Assembly: GCF_001194135.2 (NCBI RefSeq)
Contig: NC_068996.1
Span: 35,475,591-35,515,133, forward strand
Direction: 5' to 3'
Length of the DNA: 39,543 bases
DNA from: Octopus bimaculoides
Taxonomy: Eukaryota
The first letter of the stretch is position 1, and each line of letters opens with the position of its first letter. The position numbers and the translations under genes were made by a program. The notes under the pieces were generated by a model. The model made no database searches. It saw nothing but the letters and a program-made list of their open reading frames with translations, and was not told the origin of the DNA. Positions 1 through 11,550 of this stretch are shown one piece after another.

Positions 1-945
1 TAGAGTTTCTACAGCTGGACGCCCTTTCTTACGCCAACCACTCCAAGAGTGTAGTAGGTGCTTTTACGTACCACTGGCACGAGGGCCAGTCAGGCGGTAC
101 TGGCAACAGCCATGCTCAAAATGGTGTATTTTACTGCCACCTGCACAGGAGCCAGTCTAGTGGGACTGGCAATGATTTCGCTCAAATGTTTTTTCACGTG
201 CCACCAGCACAAGTGCCAGTAAGGCGATGCTGGTAACGATCATGCTCAAATGGTGCTATTTATGTGCCACTGACATGGAAGCCAGACAGCAGCTCTGACA
301 ATGATCACGCTCGGACGGTGATCTTAGCGCTCCACTGGTACAGGTGCCGACACGATTTCGAATTCACTTGCTCCAACAGGTCTTCGCAAGCTGATTTTAG
401 TGTTCAATGAAGGAGAGGTTGGCATGGGTGCCAGTCATGGAATATGGTTCAATTTCAATTTCACTTGTCTCAACAGGTCTTCACAAGCAGAGTTTAGTGT
501 CCAATGAAGGAAAGGTATGCATAAGTGGGCTAGCGACACTACTGGCAGAGGCCTCGGATTATGGTCTCACTTGGCTTTCCGGGTCTTCTCATGCACAGTA
601 TATTTTCAAAGGTCTCGGTCACAAGTCATTGCCTTGATGAGGCCTAATGTTCGAAGGTCGTGCTTCACCACCTTATCCCAGGTCTTCCTGGGTCTACTTC
701 TTCCACAGGTTCCCTCAACCACTAGGGTGTGACACTTTTTCACACAGCTATCCTCATCCATTCTCGCTACATGTCCATACCAGCACAATCATCTCTCTTG
801 CACACCACAACTGATGCTTCTTAGGTTCAACTTTTCTCTCAAGGTACTTACATTCTGTCGAGTATACACACTGACATTACACATCTATCGGAGCACACTG
901 GCTTCATTCCTTGTGAGCTTATGCATGTCCTCAGATTCACAAACT
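1..945 (-). mobile_element. RTE-clade LINE 3' fragment (ORF C-terminus plus 3' UTR with internal tandem units), 5'-truncated, running off window start
   Basis: Minus strand translates to EDMHKLTRNEASVLR*MCNVSVYTRQNVSTLREKLNLRSISCGVQER*LCWYGHVARMDEDSCVKKCHTLVVEGTCGRSRPRKTWDKVVKHDL. This is the WxGHVxRM...GRxRPxKTW signature of RTE ORF ends, with in-frame stops. Confidence 0.9.
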
Positions 946-1289
946 TATTGCAGCAGTCCTTCAGTTAACTCTTCCTTATTCTTCACCTACAGAGGGATAC
1001 AATACAAGTAAAAATATCCTCCTTTTAGCATTTAAATCAGTCATATCAGGCCCAAATATTCTATCTATTTTATGTTCAACATACCAGATCTAGCCTCTCA
1101 CACCTACCTTACAATGTCTTTCTAAAAACAAGCAATCACATCATTGAGATTTCATTAAGCAGTGCATTTAACAGAGTAATCCAACTACTAAAGAGTTAAT
1201 TAATAACAGCAAAGTACTGAGTCTCCTTCAATAACACAATCACTACACAATATCAGAGAAAACTAGGCTTGTCCCTACACAATTTCTAC

Positions 1290-1460
1290 TCTACAACCAT
1301 CACCACCATCACCGCTGCCGCCACCACCACCACCACAACAGCAACAACAACAATGACAACAATGATGACAACGATGACAACGATAATGACGATGACAGCA
1401 ACAGCCACAGCAGTAACAGCAGTAACAACAACAACAATTACAACACAAATAAAACAGTAA
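1290..1460. repeat. compound trinucleotide microsatellite (CAC/CAA/GAT-type)
   Basis: Directly visible; explains the poly-T/poly-C ORFs at 1269-1469. Confidence 0.9.
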
Positions 1461-1991
1461 CAGATACAACTGTTAGGTCTTTACAATGTTTCTTGACCTG
1501 CCACATATATAATTGATATAAACTATATTCCTAAGACTAGCATTCTTCCTAAAGATCAGGAAATAGTTCAGCTCTCATTAATTATTGACAAAGCTCAAAT
1601 AAGGTTGCACTACAGAAATCTTAGACCTGCTACCATTATTACATTGGTCTTTACTCCATTGAGCTAGAAATGTAGAGACCACTGTGGCATTGGTTTAAGT
1701 CTGTTCACTTTCCAACTTTATTATAGTCTCATGTCTATGGTGACCCACTTCCCACATCCAGCATTAAATATATTGTCTCCTCAAAACTTCGTTTTCATTT
1801 GGATTTTTGTTTTGTTTGTATTGCTGCTGCTGTTGTCATTGTTGCTGTTGCTGTAGTCCTTGGTGTTTCATCATTGCTACTGCTGCTGCTGTTGTTGTTA
1901 TTGTTATTGATAATGTTGTTAATTTACTTTGGTCAGTCCCTAACAAGCAGATCTTTGATTTACCTAACTTGTCAGTTAACCAAATGTGTAT

Positions 1992-2325
1992 AACCCTTCA
2001 GCACTTAAACAGGCCATATCTGGCCCAAATATTCTATCTGTTGTATGTTTAAAACCACCAAATCCTATCTGTCACATCTCCCCTGCAATGTCATTCCAAA
2101 AATAAACGATCACATCATCAAAATCTCAAAGCTATGAGATAATCCAAGATTAATTCAAAACAATATAAGTAGGAGTGGCTGTGTGGTAAGAAGCGTGTTT
2201 TCCAACCACACGGTTCCAGGTCCAGTCCCACAGCATGGCACCTTCTGCAGATGTCTTCTACTATAGCCTCGGGCCAACCAAAGCCTTGTGAGTAGATTTG
2301 GTAAACAGAAACTGAAAGAAGCCTG

Positions 2326-2382
<57 letters not shown>

Positions 2383-2632
2383 TGTGTACGCATATGTTTG
2401 TGCTCCTACCATCTCTTGACAACCATGTGTATACATCCCCATAACTTAGCAGTTCAGCAAAAGAGTCTGATAGAATAAGTACTAGGCTTACAAAGAATAA
2501 GTCCTGAGGTCAATTTGTTCAACTAAAGGCAGTGCTCCAGTATGGCTGCAGTCAAATGACTGAAACAAATAAAATAGTAAAAGAGTTAATAAGCATTACA
2601 CTTGACAGAGTAATCTGAATGCTAAAAGGTAA
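1992..2632. mobile_element. short TIR element (MITE), interrupted by a SINE
   Basis: Ends taacccttcagcactt and gaatgctaaaaggta match the ends of the uninterrupted copy at 4222-4448. Internal sequence resumes after the SINE. Confidence 0.7.
2170..2585 (+). mobile_element. tRNA-derived SINE, family 1 (full length)
   Basis: Head ggagtggctgtgtggtaag (A-box-like) and ggttccaggtccagtccc (B-box-like), conserved core, (TG)n middle, tail gactgaaacaaataaaa...aaagag. Many homologous copies occur in the window. Confidence 0.9.
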
Positions 2633-3465
2633 ACTACTACAGATCTGTGCTCTACATATATCATACAGCTTTTTATTTGAAGACAATACTATACACTCCA
2701 GCAATCAGTGATTAACAATATGGGCACAAGGAGGGTTGAAGTGACACTGGAGGTATGTTACAATTTATTCACTGACCAATTTGCTCCTGCAAGCCTCCAG
2801 GTTCCAGTGCTGTCAAAGCATATTAGACCAAGGTGGATTTAGTCACTTAGGGACCGAAACATTTTGTTGGTTTTTTTTGTTTTTTTTTGTTGCTTGTATT
2901 TATCATTAAAGCTGTGCATTTCAGTTTGGTATTTGGGTCTTATGAGGTTAATATTTATATCAAGGCCAAATCTAAATAAGCAGGCAATATACACTCAAAA
3001 GGGTAGTCCACCTATGACCATCTCATTTTTTTTGTTTGTTTGTTTTTTTATGCATACTATCTATCTTGGACTACATATCAAATGGAACCTGTTTTTAAAA
3101 ACTGTAGAATATTATATCCAGATTTGATTGCTAGTTCTAACCAGTAAAAAATCTGCATAATTGTTCTCTTGTAGTCTTAGTGACATTTCTGATGCTACCT
3201 ATTTTATTTTTATATATGTGGAGAAAGCTATATTTAAAATGTCAGTCCCTGCCCCCAGGGTTTTCCACCAACACCAACCTGAATTGAATATAAAATGTAC
3301 CAATATCGAAACTATGGGAGAACATCAGAAGATTAATAATGGCTACTGCCTTTTTAACAGTCCTCTTGGTTGATTGATATCAAATTTTTGTAAATTCCAA
3401 ATGAATGAAAATGAAAATTTGACCCAGAAGGATTTTTGATCAGAAAGCTAAAGAATACAGCTTAC

Positions 3466-3539
3466 ATAAGGCAGGTAATTAGGGTCGATGTTTTTCACAG
3501 CAGGATGGGGAGGATACTCCCACCCATTCTTGATGGAGC
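3466..3539 (-). CDS. candidate internal coding exon, unidentified protein (xSIKNGWEYPPHPAVKNIDPNYLPY)
   Basis: Acceptor ccccttccttttcaatccttgcAG and donor tat|GTAAGC flank a 74-nt segment with one open frame. No homology recognised. Confidence 0.3.
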
Positions 3540-4221
3540 CTGCAAGGATTGAAAAGGAAGGGGGCAGTAAATTGCGAAGCTTGATAAAAAATAAAATAAT
3601 CTTAAAAGTATCCAACACCATAGAAAAGACAGAAAAATTTTGTCGTGTTCATAAACAGGGGAAGGAGGAGATTTCAGTAATATTTTTTGAGGTTGGGTGA
3701 AACGGGTATCCTTTAGTTTAAGAACCCCTTATTATCTGTTATACTTTGAACATCTTTCAATAAATAAAGGAGCAATGTTTCAAAGAGTTACTCCCCTTGA
3801 ATTACTTTCACGGATTAATGAGGGTTACGTCACCTACTGTTGATGCTTAGCTCCTGTTATTGTTCACGTTTAACCTCTCACCGATACAGCTCTATCTGAC
3901 TTATGATATACGTCTTTCCAGCATTGACAATTCCATCATTTTGTACGCAGGATGTAATTTGGAGAAGAGTTGGATCTGTTTCTGGCAAGACAAGCAACAG
4001 TAAAAGGGCTCTCCCTCTTTTGCTTTCTCATCATAAAGTTAAACATGGAACGTTTGTAGAAATACTGTATAAAACACACTGCGTGTGGACCTAGCGATTG
4101 ATGACGATTATAAAGTTAAATGTCGAGGGGTGATCTTTATTTTAATGGTGTGGTTTGGCTTGGTGGAAGGGTCTGTGCTCACAGTAATCACAGACTCCAA
4201 AGTTGGTCTGACTGGCATAAT

Positions 4222-4448
4222 TTAACCATTTAGCATTCAGATTTCTCTATCAAAGGTAATGCTTATTTATTCACATTACTTTAAATTAATCATGCATTAT
4301 CTTGTAGCTTCAAGATTTCAATGATGTGATAGTTTATTATTAAAATGACATTGTAGGGTAGGTGTGACAGGCAGATCTGACTGGTTTGAACTGAAAAACA
4401 GGTAGAATATTTGGGTTGTTTGTGGCCAGTTTAAATGCTAAAAGGTTA
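4222..4448. mobile_element. MITE (about 230 bp)
   Basis: Imperfect TIRs taaccatttagcatt / aatgctaaaaggtta. Related copies at ~1019-1200, 1992-2632 and 15465-15907. Confidence 0.75.
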
Positions 4449-4519
4449 GTGTACCTCTAAACATCAACTTACAAAGAAGTTATTCCAGAAGGGTAATATT
4501 CTTGTGGGTGGGGGAAGAC

Positions 4520-4690
4520 TGAGTAGAAGTGTCTGAGATAGGATAGGAAGTGGTGGGCACGATATGGATGACAAGAGAATGAGAGATAAGCAAGCTGAGA
4601 GGACCTGAATGAAGGAGGTAGCACCAAGCAGCTGCTAGCTTTGCAGAGCAGAGGCCACAGCAGTAGTAAATATACTGCGATAAAGGCAGA
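4520..4690 (+). mobile_element. decayed RTE internal fragment (upstream of RT domain)
   Basis: Translates to DRKWW...EGGS..., resembling the WW...WKxGGS region of the same RTE family (from recall). Confidence 0.4.
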
Positions 4691-4749
4691 ATGGTTCTTG
4701 CCTTCCATTCAGCCATCCACATTGGTCTTTACACAGTGAATAATGTATG

Positions 4750-4796
<47 letters not shown>

Positions 4797-5049
4797 CATG
4801 TAAACAATTAATACATTCTTTAAGTGAAATTTCAAAAATGAAAGTTTGGAATATAGGTACCCATGAAAGAAAATAGCTTAAGAAAATATACATAGTAGTT
4901 GTAGTAAATTTAAGCAGACAATAGATTAGCTTGTTACTATGGAAACAAACACCAATGTGCCTGTGGCTTTTGATTGGCTAAAATTACCCAAAATTTGAAA
5001 ACTTTAAAAGTTATTAACTTATTTATTAATTTATGGCAAGCTTCTGGTA

Positions 5050-5300
5050 CTGGTACCACTTAAAAAGCACCTGTGCCAGTGCTGTGTAAAGGTGTCTGTG
5101 CCAGAGGCATGTATAAAACACCCAGCACACTTTGCTAAGTGCTTGCATTAGGAAGAGCATCCAACCATAGAAGCCATGCCTCAACAGACAACTGGAGTAT
5201 GGACATCTCTCTGCTAGCCAGCTCCATGTCAAACAATTCAATCCATGCCAGCATGGAGAGCGGACATTAAACGATGTTGATGATGATGATGATGATGTTG
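5050..5300 (+). mobile_element. RTE 3' UTR/tail fragment with (GAT)n tail
   Basis: ttaggaagagcatccaaccatagaagcc...atgccagcatggagagcggacattaaacgatg(ttgat)gatgat matches the copies at 17566-17815 and 30420-30915. Confidence 0.75.
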
Positions 5301-5559
5301 ATATATATCACTATAACTTCATTGACCAGACTATTGGATGTTGTTATACACTGCTAGTCACAATGCACTTCCTTGCTTTGTTGTAGCCTTGAAAGTATGC
5401 CACCCTGCTGGCTATATATATATATATATATATGACAGACATCTTCCAGTTTCTGCTACCAAATCTACCCACAAGTATTCAAAATATCTCAACTTCTAAA
5501 CACTACCTTTATTTCAACATGTTTTGCCATGGGTACATAGGTAGTCAGGTCTTCTGCAT

Positions 5560-6270
5560 CCTTGTACATCACTAATCAATGCAGTCCTGTCAGCCCTTCA
5601 CCACTTCATCCCAATTTCCTTGCTCTCCTTCTTCCACAAGTACCACTAATATAGGGCGCTCAGCACTTCCTTTGTACAGTAGTCATCTTCCATACATATC
5701 CCACATCCATATTAACAAAGCCTCCTCTCATGTATACTACACCTGATTCCTCTTATACGCAGGTTTTCTTTCAGTTCATTTATACTCTGCTATTCATGCC
5801 CACTAATATTGCACATCCAGAACATGCTAATTTCATTTCTTTCTAGTCGTTGCAAGTCTTCAGTATTCAAGGCCAGTGACCATGCACCATCACAGTTGCA
5901 CACAAATACATATATGTAATTCATCATTATCAATTAACATCCACCACTGAGTGCAAAGAATGCACAAAGTCTAGAGAGGAACAAAGCTAGATGTGTAATG
6001 TTAGTTTGTACTGCTGAGCATAAAAAGGAATTAGATGTAGTGTGCAAGAGAGATTATATTGATATAGAGAGAAAATAATGTGTTTGGATGATAGCAGATA
6101 AAGATTTGCCAGAATATCTAAGGCAGACATGGACAGAAATAGTTAAAGCTAATGTCAAGACATTGAACCTGATAAAAGAGACAACAAAAGAACAAAACAA
6201 ATGACAAGGCACTGGGTTAAAAAAATTTGTCCAACCATTGCAAGTTGGAAAAGGGATGTATATATGTGGA
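5560..6270. mobile_element. two strongly decayed RTE ORF-end fragments in opposite orientation (~5560-5900 minus, ~5975-6270 plus)
   Basis: Degenerate similarity to the 590-945 region (e.g. agatgtgtaatgttagt, ggcagacatggacagaaatagttaaagct). Confidence 0.5.
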
Positions 6271-6816
6271 TATATATATATACTAGCTTAAAAACTGCAC
6301 TCCATGTGGACTTTTATGCAAGCTCCTGTGGAGGGTTAATTGGCCTGTGGCCCAAAACTAAAGAGAGCTAAATAGCATGAATAAACACTTATAATGATTA
6401 TATTCCCCAGAGGAGTTTGATCAAAGGTTAAGGACAGATGAGAAATAATTCTGCAATGCAATCATTTTATTGTTCCAGTCCTGAGTTGAATTCCAACTGT
6501 TGGCCAATTTGTCCCAAAGTTCTTATCTTGATGTAAAATTAATGAAGCAAATATTTATTTTCTCCCTGATCTCTGATATCATCTGACAAACACCAACCAA
6601 GATGGCATGAATCAGCCAAGCTTTACTTGCTAGAAATAGCAACCTAAATGCTTTTAAATCAGATCCCTATGCTAGATGTTCAAGAACCAAATGATTTTCA
6701 GTCCCAGGATATGCTGATTCCAAAAAGGTATATATCTATGAAGAGCAAATGTAGATACAGGGGCCCCAAACAGACAGAATTTCCCTTTTATTGTAATAGA
6801 TGTATGCATGTATATA

Positions 6817-7034
6817 CACTGGGTGGGCCAAAAGTCATGCACAAAACAAGTTCAACACTTAAGCGACATCAGAATTGTTCAAAGATATGCTCCAATTTTT
6901 CTAAAATTGAATAGAATAAATAAAATAGAGATGAATGTATATGTAGTTGTATGTGCCGAACAAAATGAATAATAACATAACAAATAAAATGAAATCGCAA
7001 ATGTTTTGGTGCATGACTTTTGACTCACCATGTG
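6817..7034. mobile_element. Tc1/mariner-type MITE (~218 bp)
   Basis: Left cactgggtgggccaaaagtcatgcacaaaa; right end reverse-complements to cacatggtgagtcaaaagtcatgcaccaaaa. TA on the left flank. Confidence 0.75.
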
Positions 7035-7060
7035 TGTGTGTGTGTGTGTGTGTATAAACA

Positions 7061-7105
<45 letters not shown>

Positions 7106-7134
7106 GAGAGAGAGAGAATTTTTTCTCCAATTAA

Positions 7135-7432
7135 GTTAACTCTAGTACTTATTTTTTATAAGCCTGGTACTTATTCTGTTGATCCCTTTTGTCAAACCAC
7201 TAAGTTGTCAAGCAGTGGTGGGGGACAAGTTCAGATATACACATGCATGTGCACATACACAAACACACACATGCACATGCACATATGCACACACATACAC
7301 ACACACACACACGTTTCCGTGTATCAAATCCACTCACAAGGCTTTGGTCGGCCCAAAGCAATAGTCAAAGACACTTGCCCAAGATTAGTAACCATGTGGT
7401 TCGTAAGCAAGCTACTCACCACACAGCCACTT
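7135..7432 (-). mobile_element. SINE family 1, internally deleted copy
   Basis: Contains aaatccactcacaaggctttggtcggccc and ccatgtggttcgtaagcaagctactcaccacacagccact. Confidence 0.85.
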
Positions 7433-7998
7433 TATCAATACCTACTGCCTGCCCTGAAAGGTATGTGGAAATGGAATAGAAATACACCACAGTGTTAGTC
7501 ACTTTATAAGAATGTGAAACAACAAAAGGCAACTGCTACATATGCAAAAAAGACATCAGAAAATGGTGGATGTCCGGGTTCCATATTCCTTAGTTCCACA
7601 CAAGACAACAATACACAGCTCATACATAAAGTATACAATATTCATTTCATTAAGCAAAGGTCCACATGGAATTGATATCCTGATAATAGTCTGACAACTG
7701 AGAAATGATGTTTTAAATGTGTTTTTTTTTTTTTTTTTCACATCCCGAATGGATCGGTTTTGTGTCTGTCTGTCTGTCTGGATGGATGGATGGTGGTAAT
7801 GATGGTGGTGGTGAGAATGAAGAGCAGAGCAATGATAGGGTGATGATAATGATGCTTCATCATCATCATTGTCATCATCATCTTCATCATCATCATCCTC
7901 ATCACCATCATCATCATCATCACCATTGTCATTGCCATCATCACAAACCCTACAACTAGCATCACAACAATTAATATCAATATGACATTGAGTGTTTC

Positions 7999-8225
7999 AG
8001 GCAGTGAGCTGGCAGAACTGTTACCACACCCGGTGAAATGCTTCACAGCATTTCATCTGTCTTTATTTTCTGAGTTCAAAATTGCGCTAAGGTTGACTTT
8101 GTCTTTCATCCTTTCAGGATTGATAAAATAAGTACCAGTTGAGTACTGGGGTTAATGTAATTGACTTACTCCTTCCCCCGAAATTGCTGGCCTTGTGCCA
8201 AAATTTGAAAATTTGAAACCAATAT
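7999..8225 (+). mobile_element. SINE family 2
   Basis: ggcagtgagctggcagaa...ttctgagttcaaa (B-box-like)...ggccttgtgccaaaatttgaaacc. Repeated at 22395, 31225, 32598, 32835 and 35650. Confidence 0.85.
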
Positions 8226-8312
8226 GACTGTGGGTATCAGTATGTGTTATGTGTGTGTGTACATGCATGCATGTGTGTGTGTGTACATGCATGCATGTGT
8301 GTGTGTGTGCAT

Positions 8313-8350
<38 letters not shown>

Positions 8351-8569
8351 ACATATATATTCAATTAGAGGTTAAATTAGCCTCATTAAGGGATAGTAAT
8401 ATCCATGAATTACTGGTTCACTACCTAATATTTGTTGTGAATAATAATAATAATATTCATAAAATGATAGGTCTATATATAAATCATGGTTTATAATCAT
8501 TCAAAAGAAAATTAAGAAAATAGCATTTAATAAAAATGCTATTTATAGCATTTCATAAAAATGTATTAC

Positions 8570-8699
8570 CTGCAAAGGTTCAACATATTCTCTTACAGCT
8601 GTTTCAATTATGCCTAAAGATTAATTGCTATTTTAATTGCTATTTTCAATCTTTAGGCTTCATTGAAACAACTGTAAGAGAATATGTTGGTTTTTGCAG
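8570..8699. repeat. long inverted repeat, 42-bp arms (8581-8622 / 8648-8689), 3 mismatches
   Basis: caacatattctcttacagctgtttcaattatgcctaaagatt versus aatctttaggcttcattgaaacaactgtaagagaatatgttg; outer ctgcaaa / tttgcag. Confidence 0.9.
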
Positions 8700-8752
8700 A
8701 TAATAACTTTTATATCTCCATTTTCTTTTAAATATATATATGTAATGTATAA

Positions 8753-9158
8753 TCTTTTACTCTTTAACTTGTTTCAGTCATTTGACTGTGGCCAAGCTGG
8801 AGCACCACCTTTAGTCGAGCAAATTGACACCAGAGCTTATTCTTTATAAGTCTAGTACTTATTCTATCGGTCTATTTTGCCGAACTGTTGAGTTACAGGG
8901 ATGTAAACACACCAGTATCGGTTGTCAAGCGATGATGGCGGGACAAACACAGACACACAAACATATACACACACATACATACATATATATATATGACGGG
9001 CTTCTTTCAGTTTCCTTCTACCAAATCCATTCATAAAGCTTTGGTCGGCCCAAAGCTTATAGTAGAAGACACTTGCCCAAGGTGCCATGCAGTGGGACTG
9101 AACCCAGAACCATGTGGGTGGTAAGCAAGCTACTTACCACACAGCCACTCCTATGCCT
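8753..9158 (-). mobile_element. SINE family 1 (full length)
   Basis: Reverse complement of the 2170-2585 pattern. An extra tail fragment lies at ~9202-9280. Confidence 0.9.
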
Positions 9159-9889
9159 ATAATCATTCAAAAGAATATATATATATATATATATATATAT
9201 ATCTTTTATCTTTTACCTTTTACTTGTTTCAGTTATTAGACTGTGGCCATGTTGGGGCACTGCTTGAATTTTTAGTTTAGTAATGAGAAATTATTTACTA
9301 AATATTTCGTTATTTAAAAAATTAATTGAAACAAAGGTAGAATATGTTAACAGAAATATGGTAACAAAACGGCAAATGTTTATTTATTTATTGCCATCTA
9401 GCAGAGTATACATAAACCTCTGAGGACCCTGGACAATTGCCCAATGTGCCCATGCCCTATGATACCGCTGATCACTTGGGAAGGTAGGAAAGGGGAAAGA
9501 ACTTGGTGTTCCCCAATTTCATTTTAAAATAATTCCTGTTATTTCCAAACGATGGGAATTACGATTCTGGAAAAAAAAAATTTTTCAAAGAATTCCAATT
9601 TTGTTTTACATTTTTACCCGGTAGAGATTTTGGTTACCCTGCAGTAACCAAATTAGTTGTTCTCTTCCTTAAACATAACCAGCCTTCAACTACAATAAAC
9701 ACATGTGCAATCTGCACCCTACCTTACACCCAACACAACGCCACTATTTTAACCCCCTCCCAATTCCCTTGCTTTTTCCCCCTTTCCCATGAAGAGGTGA
9801 AAGCTATTTTAGAATCACACCCTGCAAAGAATTCTAACCTAAGCTCTAACAATTCTCCCATTCCACCTGGTATTTTATTGTAAAGTACT

Positions 9890-10030
9890 CTTTTCACTTT
9901 TACTTTGGCCGTGCTCCTGCCCCGTCCTCGAAGACAAAGCCATTTTGCCAAGCATCTCGGTCCATCATCGCCACCTTCAGTTCAAATCCAGCGTCATCCT
10001 TCAGGTTGTCAATTTTGTTAATTTGACAGC
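9890..10030 (-). mobile_element. RTE-like LINE extreme 3' end (different family)
   Basis: Minus frame IDNLKDDAGFELKVAMMDRDAWQNGFVFEDGAGARPK*, followed by short aagt-type repeats. Resembles the L..D.G..EL..AMxDRxxW ends of RTE ORFs. Confidence 0.5.
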
Positions 10031-10258
10031 TATGGGTCACTCGAGTTAAAAACAATAATATCCAGAGATAAATAAATATAGAAACTTAAAGAGAAAGACA
10101 TGGAAATAGAAGGGTAACTTTATCGATATATAAAACTGTGTAATTTAATCTTTAGGATAAATAAAAATAAAATCGGACACTATTGATTTGCCTACTTTCT
10201 CTCAGAACAATAACTTGATTACAAAAAGAGAGAAACAAACAGAGACAGATACACATAA

Positions 10259-10300
<42 letters not shown>

Positions 10301-11547
10301 TGCGTAGTTTTTTTGCTTTTTTAATGGAATAAGGGAAGTAACTCGGTAAATGTTAATACACGTCCATTTCTCTGATTTTACAAAATAAAAAAGTTTTAAT
10401 GTTTTTTCTTGCGCGGGTGTTTGTAAATATTTCTGTTATTCTAGTTTTTTTGTAGTTTACGAAACAGTAATTATTTTTAAATATTTTTGTTTTAATTTTA
10501 ATTTGGTCATTTTATTTTCAAACATAATTATAGAAAACTACACAGCAGAATGAAATATCAGTAAATATGCAGGGTAAGTGGTATATAGTTAAAGTAGTAG
10601 TGGTAACAGAAGTAGTAGAAGTAGAAGTAGTAGAAGTTTTCTAGAACGGGAATAGTCGATTACAGCAGACCCTATTACATAACTGATATTAATTTCATCG
10701 GGCCCTCCTCCCCTTTTCTCAGAAATTACAAAGTACAGTTGACTCGAGTAAGATTTAGACTTGGAATACAAAGGGAAATAATTCAGTACATCGAGATATT
10801 TCATTTGAATTTCCTCTTGTGTAAATGATAAGAGTGATGTTTAATAATTAAGATAGCAATACCAAATGGTGATATTGAGGCATAGACGGAGCTGAGAAAT
10901 TAAGAATATATACTGACTCAACTGTTGAACTAATAACGTAATAATAATAAAGGAATTCGTCTATTATTCCATTTGTACAACAGGTTGAATAACAAATTGT
11001 TATATTTTGATTGTCTTATTACATTGAGATGTGGCGGCAATAACCCTCACCTATATTTCGGCATGAAAGATGTGTGATGGAGTAGTGTCCCATTATGAGC
11101 CATTCCGACTTGAGTTCATGTACAAAAAAACGGGTCCATGTTTCTAAATGTTCTATGTATCAGTTCCTCGTCATCTGTGGATATTCCCACTGATTCTAGA
11201 ATCAAACTAACATTTACGCTAGTTAGGGTTTATTTAATAATTAGTTTATCTCATTGCAATATGCAGAGTAACCCATATTCAGCTGATATGACCATCAATG
11301 AAAACCACTGGAATAGAGAGATTTGTCACACTGACATCTTCTTCCCTTACATATATCAACTCTAAAACCTCCATGCTTCCTGAAATTCACCAACACTACA
11401 CCTGATATCCTCCACTCAATACGCATGCACACATGTATATCATGACACTCATACACTGTTCACTTTCAGACTTTTGTACATAATTCTATGTACTTTGCAG
11501 GCACCTTTGATGAGTTGTAGTGCACCTGAGCACTATACACTATAATT

Positions 11548-11550
<3 letters not shown>

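Noticed and set aside
60-345. CRISPR-like periodic repeats
   Set aside because: Units are diverged along their whole length with no unique spacers, lie inside an RTE 3' UTR, and no cas genes are present in a eukaryotic context.
2683-2752. Plus-strand exon-like segment (QYYTLQQSVINNMGTRRVEVTLE, gag|GTATGT)
   Set aside because: No partner exon or recognisable homology; such signals arise by chance in 40 kb.
3910-3935. Walker A-like GIVNAGKT in the minus-strand candidate exon
   Set aside because: It lacks the preceding hydrophobic beta-strand, and an 8-residue match is not significant.
3951-3999. Plus-strand exon-like GCNLEKSWICFWQDKQ (MAM-like look)
   Set aside because: Overlaps the minus-strand candidate, has a weak donor, and is too short to support.
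7717-8046. Poly-His / poly-Met ORFs
   Set aside because: Translation of a (CAT)n microsatellite; no flanking coding signal.
9629-9652. 9-bp stem tttggttac/gtaaccaaa
   Set aside because: Short enough to occur by chance in AT-rich DNA; no context.
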